From Agriterribacter sp. (GTDB taxonomy: Bacteria > Bacteroidota > Bacteroidia > Chitinophagales > Chitinophagaceae): DNA of 64,000 nt. Positions 1-8,966 of the stretch are shown piece after piece. A program made the translations under genes and the position numbers. The stretch's first letter is position 1. Each line of letters begins with the position of its first letter. The notes under the pieces were generated by a model. That model was given only the letters and a program-made list of their open reading frames with translations, was not told where the DNA came from and ran no database searches. Location: assembly GCF_035497235.1 (NCBI RefSeq), contig NZ_DATJEB010000052.1:21260-85259 (forward strand), read 5' to 3'.

Positions 1-2
1 GG

Positions 3-104
3 TTCACCGACATTAAAAAGATACGCAAAAGACTTCAGCAGTTTGGACTGGATCTACAGGAAGCAGAACGAACGATAGAGGTGTTTGTGATAAAGGATAA
101 GTGA
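3..104 (+). CDS. C-terminal end of a gene running in from the left edge; possibly TlpA/DUF3738-like
   Basis: Frame 3 is open from the edge to TGA at 102-104: FTDIKKIRKRLQQFGLDLQEAERTIEVFVIKDK*. The ending resembles Bacteroidota TlpA/DUF3738-type C-termini from memory; only 33 aa visible. Confidence 0.4.
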   Translation, partial: FTDIKKIRKRLQQFGLDLQEAERTIEVFVIKDK

Positions 105-273
105 GCGGTGAATTCAGTAAAGTACCTGAGAGCTTTTGAGTCGAGGCGAAGTCTTCATATAAAGGACATGTGTGCTGCTACGACTCCTCCGGGTCTCGCC
201 GGGGGCTCAGCTTGCACGGGATAACAAAATTATTAAGGCCCGTCGGAACAATAAAATACCAGTATCATGTAAC

Positions 274-306
274 CAAACAGCCCGGATATTTTACCCGGGC
301 TGTTTG
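274..306. terminator. Hairpin between convergent genes, probable intrinsic terminator
   Basis: Perfect 12-bp inverted repeat CAAACAGCCCGG (274-285) / CCGGGCTGTTTG (295-306), 9-nt loop, 28 nt past the stop of the minus-strand gene at 334. Confidence 0.75.
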
Positions 307-333
307 ACAAAGCTTTACTATATCTTTCAACTC

Positions 334-2556
334 TTATTGCTTGATCAATTTTATTACACGCACATGTTTTCTTCCAACTATTAATTGTATTGTGTAATAC
401 CCAGCAGGCAGATTAGCTATATTTATAACTCTACTCATAGGGCTTTCCCCATCCTTATTGAAAAATTGTTGTGATAGTCTTTGTCCCTGCATATTACGCA
501 GGGTTAAACTTGACCATCCCTTTTCCCTGCCTGTGATCCATACCTTAACTTGATTATTTGCTGGATTAGGACTAAGTGTTATGTCAAGTGAAGTATTCGA
601 TGTATCAGGTTTGGGAATAGTAGTATTGTTTCCTGTTTTTTGCATTATCCTTGGGGAGTATGGGATTCTCGTGTATGACAACATCCATTCGTATACATTA
701 ACGCTGTCCATTTTGAAAGAAGGATCGTAAGTTCGTGTCCATGAATCACGACCATACAGTCCACCGCTGTCGAGAATGTTTAGTTTCGCAAGAGGAGTGG
801 GGTTGTGTGAATTCACATAATTTGTTATTGTCTTTAATGTAGACGGTTGAGATGTAGTTGTATCGTTATAATTACCGAGTATCCATAATGGCAGGTTTGA
901 AGCAGCTATGACTGCTGCTCTCGGACTAAATGGACTAACGATATTTGGACTAACCAAAAGCATTGCTGCTAAACGATCTGCGTAGTTCAAAGAATCTCCT
1001 GCATATTGCCAGGCAAATTTTCCTCCCATGCTCAATGCGGTAAGATATATTCTTTGGGTATCAACTCTATATTTGGTGATACATGAGTCAATTAAGGCTT
1101 TAATTTGATTCGAATTAATGGCTCCCGCCCCACTTTTAAGTTGGGGAGAAATTACTATAAATGAGAACTTTTCTCCGTTTACCTCAACACTGGCAGGAAA
1201 TGTTCCATTTGCTATACGCTCTGGTAAAGTGGTGCCGCTTTCATTATTCAGTATTCTGGGTAACTGTGCAAGAGACCCATCTCCAAGAGCTGCCGAACCG
1301 TGAATAAATATCAGAAGTGGGAATTTCTTACTGCTATCCTTATTATAGAGTACGGGCAATGACTCATAATATCCTCCAATATTGCTGTGAATATTTTGTA
1401 CTACAGGTGTTTGGGTTTGCGTACTGATTACAACAGTATCTTTCGCTGTCGTAGCATTGGTATGTGTAACAGTTAATTCAAACGTATAAGTACCGGCAGT
1501 GATTCCGGTAATGGTAGTTATTGGATTTGTTGCCGAAACAATAGTGCAGGAGGGACCGGAAAGCTTTACCCAACTGTAACCTGAAATTCTTCCACTTCTT
1601 GCCATGGATTTTTCTCCGCTAAGCGTAATCGTACTGTCCTGAGGTAAGGTAATTGCCTGGTCCTGACCTGCATTTGCTATCAGTTTCCTGTTAGTATACT
1701 GAAGCATCCATTGATATACATTTAACCCCCGTACACTATCAATGATATTTACAGGATTATACGCCTTAGTCCACGCATCATGGCCGGATGCATTAAAAAT
1801 AGTTAATTTAGCCAGCGGAGAGGGTGGCGTACTGGCACTATTTAATAAATTTACAAGATTAATGGACCTGCTGGATGGCACTGTTGGATCTGAAATATTG
1901 TGAATAGCCCAGGTGGGAAGGTTTGATGCAGCCACCCTGTTTGCTTCACTTTGTGTTGCTGTTGCAGCCTGGGAAACTAATACTACAGCAGCGAGGCTAT
2001 CGGCAGTTGTTGTTGCTGCCGATGCTTCGTACCAACTCATTCTACCACCAAAACTTAACCCTGTTAAATAAATACGTTCTTCATCAATCCTGTATAGAGC
2101 TTTACAGCGATTGATTAAAGCTGCAATAGCACGGTTAATAACAGGAACCGATGTTTGATTATTTGTTACCGAAGAACTTATCTGTGGTGAAATAACAATA
2201 AAGGAGTATTCTTTTTCATCCATTAAGAATGAAGCAGGGAAATTTCCTTCATTAATTAATTTAGGTACGCCGCTAGTTAAAAGCTTTGGAAGGACAGACG
2301 AAGATCCATTACCTTTTTCACCAGCTCCGTGTAAAAAAATGATGAGAGGAAATTTTCTAGTTGTATCTATGTTGTAATTAACAGGTAAAGATTCATAATA
2401 ACCTCCTATTGCGCTGTCTAAATAAGGAGACAATGGCGCATATCTTGGCGTTTGAGTTTGTTGCGAATATGAATAGGATGATAATAAAGTGCAGGAAATG
2501 AAAATTAAATAATTCGATACCCTAAAGCGAATCAGAGGATAAAAAAAGTGTCTCAT
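334..2556 (-). CDS. T9SS-secreted protein: two alpha/beta-hydrolase (COG4099-like esterase/PHB-depolymerase-like) domains, a PKD/Ig-like spacer and a C-terminal sorting domain
   Basis: Signal peptide. Repeated GGYYESLP..Y..D..KFPL.IF.HG blocks at aa 51 and 394. Nucleophile elbows GLSFGG (S168) and ALSMGG (S509). PKD-like ANAGQDQAITLP..YSWVKLSGP..GTYTFELTV. T9SS tail LSPNPANNQV..LPAGYYTIQL..KLIKQ. Confidence 0.85.
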   Translation of the reverse strand: MRHFFYPLIRFRVSNYLIFISCTLLSSYSYSQQTQTPRYAPLSPYLDSAIGGYYESLPVNYNIDTTRKFPLIIFLHGAGEKGNGSSSVLPKLLTSGVPKLINEGNFPASFLMDEKEYSFIVISPQISSSVTNNQTSVPVINRAIAALINRCKALYRIDEERIYLTGLSFGGRMSWYEASAATTTADSLAAVVLVSQAATATQSEANRVAASNLPTWAIHNISDPTVPSSRSINLVNLLNSASTPPSPLAKLTIFNASGHDAWTKAYNPVNIIDSVRGLNVYQWMLQYTNRKLIANAGQDQAITLPQDSTITLSGEKSMARSGRISGYSWVKLSGPSCTIVSATNPITTITGITAGTYTFELTVTHTNATTAKDTVVISTQTQTPVVQNIHSNIGGYYESLPVLYNKDSSKKFPLLIFIHGSAALGDGSLAQLPRILNNESGTTLPERIANGTFPASVEVNGEKFSFIVISPQLKSGAGAINSNQIKALIDSCITKYRVDTQRIYLTALSMGGKFAWQYAGDSLNYADRLAAMLLVSPNIVSPFSPRAAVIAASNLPLWILGNYNDTTTSQPSTLKTITNYVNSHNPTPLAKLNILDSGGLYGRDSWTRTYDPSFKMDSVNVYEWMLSYTRIPYSPRIMQKTGNNTTIPKPDTSNTSLDITLSPNPANNQVKVWITGREKGWSSLTLRNMQGQRLSQQFFNKDGESPMSRVINIANLPAGYYTIQLIVGRKHVRVIKLIKQ

Positions 2557-3840
2557 AAATTTGAATTGATAAGGTTATAAAAAGTATTAATATCAAAACG
2601 GTTTTCGTTATCCGCGGTATTTCTTCCAGAAAAATCTTGTGAGCGGAAGAGGAGCATTGCGGGTTATCAGAGGGACGAAATATTAAGGTGAATAAATATA
2701 ATACTTTTTTAAGCAATATGATCTTTAATGCTTAGAAGTTCTTTAAGATCAGCTTTTAAATGCTGTGCTGAGCTATTTCACGGCAATCTCAACTGTACAT
2801 CTTTTTTATTTCATGCGGCGCGGCCTGGTCTTTACGGAAATAACATGCACGCTGCTATGGCACGTTCACCCATCCGATCGTAGTGAAAACAGACTCCTCC
2901 TTCATCAGAGTGACTGATAGAAAAATAAAAGTTCGACAATGTTGTTGTACTCAGTATTGATTCTACAGCTTGTTACGCTGAAGTATGAATCGTCTGCCTG
3001 TAGTAACATAGTATAATTTGTTCTTTATGGTTTTAAGCACACAATAGCACTCAACCCTTCTTTGCGCTTTGTACTCATTCAAGATTGGCTTACCTGCTAA
3101 AGCTGTACACCAACGACATACCTGCTTCATGATTTTGATAATAAGGTGTTATCAATGTATTAACGGCCTTATGCTTAAGCAGGTTTCTTTTAATAATGGG
3201 GTATATCCAGTAGCATACTTTGGCTGACAGCATACCGATACCGCGCCGGGTAAAATAATCCTGAACCAATGCCGGTTATTATACATCCGTAAAATGGCTG
3301 TTGCGGTAGCCGGGCAGCAGGGTTTGCACCAGCTTAACGAGTTCCTTTTCATCGTATCGTGAAATAAAGGAAGGCGCTTCACCGGCATCCTGGCTGTTGG
3401 CATCGAATGTTGCTACCACCTATAGTTTCGATGATTTGTTACATAAATAAGATATACATCCTCTAAAAATGGTTGGGCAACTCCTGCCTTTTCAGAACAA
3501 TAGTTTAGCTACAAGATTGCGTACAAACACTGAAGACATTCTGAATCAAACCCTAAAATGAACAGCAACAGGAAAGATACTTATAGCTGTTTCGCGTTAG
3601 TTCCGTTTTTTCCATGTATATCATAAGATAAAAAGGCTTTGGATGTTTCATATTGTGCATCACAGCGATGCTGTGGTAGATGTGTCTACAATATTTAGGG
3701 AACATCCCGGAGAAAATATTATCCGCCTGGGTTTTACCCTGCTATGGGTTTTTCTGAGATGATACCAACACCTTCCTGCCGCTGCTTAAGCTTCCATTTG
3801 GCCGCTACGGGAAAACGCGTACAAGTGAATGGTGAAATTG

Positions 3841-4075
3841 TTATTCTTTTTTTAGCGCCTTACCCGGGCAAGTATGATAGGCGCCTTTTGGAAAAACCAA
3901 TATAGCAGATTTGTAATTACGGCAGGCTTTGATTGCCTGTTGAATACACTTGGTAACATCAGGCGTACTATCAGGCACTTCTCCAAAATGAGCTATGGAA
4001 ACTTTTTGCTGCGCCGGTAAATAATTACAACAGCCCGGCAACAGCAGGAAAAAGAATACAGGCTGGTTTTTCCAT
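3841..4075 (-). pseudogene. N-terminal stub of a pectin-lyase-fold glycosidase (GH110/GH28-like N-terminus)
   Basis: ATG at 4075 directly after the upstream stop. MEKPACI shifts frame into FFFLLLPGCCNYLPAQQKVSIAHFG..DVTKCIQQAIKAC..LVFPKGAY, matching the DFG..D.T.AIQ.A...LVFP.G.Y start of beta-helix glycosidases, then TAA at 3841-3843. Confidence 0.6.
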
Positions 4076-4076
4076 T

Positions 4077-6299
4077 TTATTTTTTTATTAGTTTTTCATT
4101 TTCATACACTCCTTCATACGTTTTCTTCCCGGGAATATTCAGTTTAAAATGCACATCCCATTCTTTTGGCCAGGCAGGCAGCAATATAATATTTTCATCT
4201 TCATATTGCAGCAACATTCTCTGCAGCGCTATCATTGCTACACTACCGTGGCATTGATCCGGTGTCCAGTCATAATTAGGGCCCCAGAATGCGGGGAAGC
4301 GAAAATTTTCATCATAAGTGGAAAAGCTTTCCACAATCATTTTTTTAGCTTCTTTCGTTAACCCCAGGTAAGCCGACTGTATGGAATTTTGCTGCCAGCC
4401 TCCGTTTTCAAAATGTACTTTCGATGTAAAGGTTCTTTTGGCCATATCCAAACCAGGCTTGCCTAATCCATAAACCCTGTAAGGAAATACTGCATACATT
4501 TCAGGATTTTCTACATTGGCTTTGTTGCTGTATTCATGAGCAGGCGCCAACAGGGGTTTTCCTTCAATTGTGCGAAGCGGAACTGAAGGAAGATCATTAA
4601 TCAAATTTTTCCACTCCACTCTTCTTTCACTGTTTACAAATAGCGCTGGCAATGCCAGCATTTTTTCAGCCACCTTACGGATACCCACTATCTCAGGCAA
4701 CGGATTCACCGCTGTGTGATAAGTTTCAAGTGAATGAGAAGGATCAAACAATATTTTGCCATCGCTGCCCCGCTTCCAGTGCTGGTTATAAAAGGTGAGT
4801 ATCTCCGATACAAAAGGAATTAAAGTATCCTCAGCGAACGCATTGCTTTTGGTGAAGGAATAATAATCGGCCATCATCAGCGAAAGCTCTAACCCGCTTT
4901 GCCAGTAATACCGGATATAGGGATTGTTGGTATATCCATCGGGCACACTGTCCCGGTTACAACCGTAATCGCTGTCGGCGTAGGTGCCCCAGAAATTCAT
5001 GGTCTCTGGAAAAAACGCCCCATCGTGGTTATAATATTTTTTAGTGGCTGCTTTTCGCAGTGGCAAAGCCTCCATATACATGTTAAACAAAGGCCGCATC
5101 AAATCAAAATCGCCGGAGGCAATCATGCTCCAATACGGTAATCTTGTATTCTGCCACCAGTAACATCCTCCCCAGTTACGAAAATCGGCATCGTATCCGC
5201 TGTACTGGCCTTTTCGATTATAGGTATCTGTGGTAAAAATGCTTCCGTTGAACTTAATGGGCGAATGACCCCGCCCGGAACAGGCATTAATGAACCGCTG
5301 AAGAATGTATCCCTGTGTTACGATTTGAGCTTCTTTATCAGCAGCCGCATCTTTCGATGAAATAAAAACGTAAGAACGATCCCAAAAATCTTTCCACCAT
5401 TTTTTATGTGCAGCCATCCGCTTTTGCATATTCATTACCTGTATAAATGATGCCTGATTTTCCACCTGTTGCCGCCAACTATCAACCGTACCCGTTTGTG
5501 TAAGCGGGAAAACCTGTATCTGCAAATTTTTAGCAGCATTGCCGCTTACCAATACCGTATCGGAAAGATTGCGCAAACCCGTGCCCGCAACCATCACACC
5601 ATAATTGCGGTGCAGGAGCGGGTCGGCCATTCCATTTTTAAAACCGGAAAGCGACTGTACCCTCAGCCCTTCTTCAAAAATAGAATAGGTATTGTGATGA
5701 AGAGACAAAATTTTATTTCGATTTCCTTCGATAATCATATCGGCATCCTGGAAAACATCTTCCCGGCAATCTTTCGACCACTGATTGGGACCTAATCCCC
5801 AAACCGAATTTCCCTCCTGGCCCGGAATGGGACGTTTTTCTTTTCTCCAGTTTTCATAAGTCACTTTTACCTGCACGGGTGTTTTGCTGGTAATACCGGT
5901 CTGTATCACGGGGTGATTGGCATCTATCCAAAACCGGATTTTGGTATCGCCGTAGCTTACAAGTATTTCTCCATTTTCCAGTTTCAATTCCTGTGAAAAT
6001 GTTTTTTCATTGTAAGGGTTGGGCGTAAGGGATACCACCACTTTACCGAGTTTCAGCAGGCGGCCTATTTCGCTCCATGCATCGGTCTTCGAAATATAAA
6101 ACGCCAGGTCGCCGTTTTTCTCTACCCACACATTAGCGCCAATATCGCCGTTGCCGATAGGCATGGAGCCTTGTGCATTAACGCCGGGAGTAGTCCAGCG
6201 AACATTGTAATCGTTTAGTTTACTTTTCTGTGCTGATAACAATTGCGGAATGAACAAGGCGCTCAGCATTATCAGGAAAAAGGAGTTTTTTACTTTCAT
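4077..6299 (-). CDS. DUF5703-family secreted protein, GH95-like (alpha/alpha)6 glycosidase fold
   Basis: Signal peptide; YNVRWTTPG..SMPIGNGDIGANVW; QRFINACSGRG..PIKFNGSIFT; WWQNTR; PDQCHG; LLPAWPKEWDVHFKL. ATG at 6299 preferred over the TTG at 6317. Confidence 0.8.
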   Translation of the reverse strand: MKVKNSFFLIMLSALFIPQLLSAQKSKLNDYNVRWTTPGVNAQGSMPIGNGDIGANVWVEKNGDLAFYISKTDAWSEIGRLLKLGKVVVSLTPNPYNEKTFSQELKLENGEILVSYGDTKIRFWIDANHPVIQTGITSKTPVQVKVTYENWRKEKRPIPGQEGNSVWGLGPNQWSKDCREDVFQDADMIIEGNRNKILSLHHNTYSIFEEGLRVQSLSGFKNGMADPLLHRNYGVMVAGTGLRNLSDTVLVSGNAAKNLQIQVFPLTQTGTVDSWRQQVENQASFIQVMNMQKRMAAHKKWWKDFWDRSYVFISSKDAAADKEAQIVTQGYILQRFINACSGRGHSPIKFNGSIFTTDTYNRKGQYSGYDADFRNWGGCYWWQNTRLPYWSMIASGDFDLMRPLFNMYMEALPLRKAATKKYYNHDGAFFPETMNFWGTYADSDYGCNRDSVPDGYTNNPYIRYYWQSGLELSLMMADYYSFTKSNAFAEDTLIPFVSEILTFYNQHWKRGSDGKILFDPSHSLETYHTAVNPLPEIVGIRKVAEKMLALPALFVNSERRVEWKNLINDLPSVPLRTIEGKPLLAPAHEYSNKANVENPEMYAVFPYRVYGLGKPGLDMAKRTFTSKVHFENGGWQQNSIQSAYLGLTKEAKKMIVESFSTYDENFRFPAFWGPNYDWTPDQCHGSVAMIALQRMLLQYEDENIILLPAWPKEWDVHFKLNIPGKKTYEGVYENEKLIKK

Positions 6300-6313
6300 A
6301 TCAATGAGATTAA

Positions 6314-8833
6314 TCAATTAAAGAATCTGAAACTATCCAGCAGTATATCCTGGCGGAATACAAAAAATATTGTATGAACGCCTGTAACAGGTTTTATGTT
6401 TGCCTGGATTTCTCCGGCGTTAATGCTGCCTATCAGCTCTCCGTCTGGAGCGTTCAAACGTATTTCAAACAAAACTTTTCCGCCCATACCAGGGTTAGCC
6501 GGTGTTACGCTGCATAGAAACTTACTGAATCCTTTCTTCCCAAAATCAATATTCTCATATTTTGCCCAGGCACCCCACTTCATTTTATAAATTCCGGTGG
6601 AACCCGAAGAACGCAAATCTTTCATCCGGTTGTAATCCTCGGCCTGTATCAGCGAACCGGCATCAATAGGTAATTGCGTTTCAAAGGGAAAACCGGGAAG
6701 CAAACCGATACTGTCATAATTGACAGAAGAAAAACCAATAGCAGCAACAGGCGAATTGGCTTTAAAGCGATAATCTTTATAAGTAATATTCCATTGTTCA
6801 TTTTTTTTATCGAATAAGGGGTCGGCTCCTACAGAATGAATATCCCATCCATATTTTTTTATTGTATCCAACTGACGGTAGCCGGGATAAATAAGATTAG
6901 AATCCACTTGTGCAAATACTTTTTGATTACTCACCATTTGCTCATTGAAGGCATTTTTATAATATCCGTGGAAACTTTTTCCAAATGAATTTTTATCCAC
7001 ATCATACAGCATCTCGCCGGAATGATAAAAGATGTTCTTCCGCATAATGTTGTTCATTGCCGGTTCTGCATAAGGCGTCATAGTAGCCGCCCTGCCAATG
7101 GCATTGTCTGCAAAAATATTATTTGATACCTCTTGCTGTATGGACTTTACCATGACGGCTCCTGTTGCCATTCCTCCCTTCAGTTCAAAAACAATGTTGT
7201 TTTTTAGTGTAACGAAATCGCTGGCATCATCTGTAAAAAGGCCGTGCGCCCAGCCGTCCCAGTCCACACTCTGGTCAATATCATGAATAGCATTATTATC
7301 CCATACATTTCCACTTCCGCCTCCCCAGGATTCTATGGCACCAAAATCGAAACTGCTGCGGCATACATTGTAAATTTCATTAAAACCTATATAATTATTG
7401 CGGCAGTGAATAACATCGTAATGATTACTGTAGTTAAATCCTTTTCCAAAAAGTTGCGGGTTGGCAACAAGGATACTGTTGCAAATACCTTTGTAAGAAA
7501 TTCCATAACGGGGCATATCCCTGATTACATTGTGCGTAATGCGGTTGTCGCCACTTTGAAAAAGCTGGATGCCGCAACCTCCACCAACAGAAATACCGCA
7601 CTGGAAAATATAATTGTTAGAGAAATTATGCTGCTTGTTAATATATGCATTCACGCCATCTGCCCCGCCTTCGCCAGGCATATAACTGTTGGCATAAATA
7701 CCGCAAAAACCGGCATAAGAAATACGACAGCCCCATACTGTACAGGATTCACTTTTGTTGTTGATATAAACAGCACTGTGCCCTGCCCCGTTGATGTCGC
7801 AATACTTTATGGAAATATTTTTAGCGTTTTCAATATAGATCAATCCTTCCTGCAAATGCGTTGGCATGGTGGCATGTTTCTCACCTTCAAAAATGCGCCA
7901 GGCATTGGTAAAGTTTGAACCGCAGAAATATAAATTTTCAAATGAAAGGTTTTGTATCAATTCCCTTGTTGAACGTCCTTTTACTTCAATGACTCTTTCG
8001 GTTGCAGGGGCAAGTATTAAACGCCTGTTGATGTCAGACCTGGAAGAGGGATAATAATAAACGGAATCGTTTTTTACACACCATTCATTTTCTGCATCTA
8101 ACAATTCCGGTACACCCTGTATGTAAACCCGGCCGTTAAGCCCTCCAAAATTTTTTGAACCGGGATCAACAGTAAGCAGCAGTTTGTCTTTATTAAAATC
8201 TTCAACAGCTCTCAACTCGGCAAACCAGTTGCTGCCAATCCAGCCATAAATCTGCGCATTGGAGAAATCGTAATTCTTCCAGTATGCGGGTACTTGTAAA
8301 CTGGTATTGCTAACCGTTTTTAATCCTTTCCCAAATCCTTCGCCGGCGTTCGGATAGCGGGCAAGTACAGCACTTTGTCCATTATCAAAAAGGCGGTAAA
8401 ATTTTTTTCCCAGCAACTGCCGGGGAAGCTTTGCCCGGTAAATATTGCCTTTATATTTCCGCCAGTCTGAAATAGGAATACCTCCATTGATAATGGCTTT
8501 TTCATTTTGATACCCGGCATATTTTACCATCGCATTCGCCGCTCCATCACGGTCATCGAATGCGATGGTCTTGTCTGCAAAATAATTACCGCCTCTCAGA
8601 AACACCGTAATATGGCCTGCCGAATTTTTTGATAAGATTATCCTGACAGCATCTCTTGCCTTTTCAATGGTTCGGAAAGGTTTTGCTATTGTACCTGCAT
8701 TGGCATCATTACCGTTGGAGGAAACGAAATACTCAATTGACTGAGCCTGCACGGCCATGGGGCTTAACATGAAAAGCGGTAATAAAAAAACTATCGCTCT
8801 CCCGATCTTATTTAATTGTAGTAACATAGTCAT
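6314..8833 (-). CDS. Right-handed beta-helix protein, GH141-like, with C-terminal CBM6-like module
   Basis: YFVSSNGNDANAGTIAKPFRTIEKARDAVR..VFLRGGNY start; repeated N-x-I-x-x-N rungs; DFGAIESW; C-terminal IQAEDY..WAKYENIDFG..EIRLNAPDGELIG..GVHTIFFVF typical of CBM6. Confidence 0.75.
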   Translation of the reverse strand: MTMLLQLNKIGRAIVFLLPLFMLSPMAVQAQSIEYFVSSNGNDANAGTIAKPFRTIEKARDAVRIILSKNSAGHITVFLRGGNYFADKTIAFDDRDGAANAMVKYAGYQNEKAIINGGIPISDWRKYKGNIYRAKLPRQLLGKKFYRLFDNGQSAVLARYPNAGEGFGKGLKTVSNTSLQVPAYWKNYDFSNAQIYGWIGSNWFAELRAVEDFNKDKLLLTVDPGSKNFGGLNGRVYIQGVPELLDAENEWCVKNDSVYYYPSSRSDINRRLILAPATERVIEVKGRSTRELIQNLSFENLYFCGSNFTNAWRIFEGEKHATMPTHLQEGLIYIENAKNISIKYCDINGAGHSAVYINNKSESCTVWGCRISYAGFCGIYANSYMPGEGGADGVNAYINKQHNFSNNYIFQCGISVGGGCGIQLFQSGDNRITHNVIRDMPRYGISYKGICNSILVANPQLFGKGFNYSNHYDVIHCRNNYIGFNEIYNVCRSSFDFGAIESWGGGSGNVWDNNAIHDIDQSVDWDGWAHGLFTDDASDFVTLKNNIVFELKGGMATGAVMVKSIQQEVSNNIFADNAIGRAATMTPYAEPAMNNIMRKNIFYHSGEMLYDVDKNSFGKSFHGYYKNAFNEQMVSNQKVFAQVDSNLIYPGYRQLDTIKKYGWDIHSVGADPLFDKKNEQWNITYKDYRFKANSPVAAIGFSSVNYDSIGLLPGFPFETQLPIDAGSLIQAEDYNRMKDLRSSGSTGIYKMKWGAWAKYENIDFGKKGFSKFLCSVTPANPGMGGKVLFEIRLNAPDGELIGSINAGEIQANIKPVTGVHTIFFVFRQDILLDSFRFFN

Positions 8834-8966
8834 AACTTATTTGAGCATTATTTATTCTAATCGAACAACGGAAGCTTTTCTTTTAACACGCTATGGCATA
8901 CCAGACAAACAATTCAATAACCTGTAAATACCCGTTGTTATAAACCCAATTCATAGTTTTTGTTCC

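Noticed and set aside
105-235. GC-rich imperfect stem (CTCCTCCGG-GTCTCG-CCGGGGG) as a possible ncRNA or REP
   Set aside because: Short stem with G-U pairs, no second copy in the window and no recognisable RNA family features.
3100-3415. Protein-like minus frame VATFDANSQDAGEAPSFISRYDEKELVKLVQTLLPGYRNSHFTDV**PALVQDYFTRRGIG; track ORF 3152..3403
   Set aside because: May be another decayed gene, but I cannot assign a family; the track ORF is in a different frame with implausible composition.
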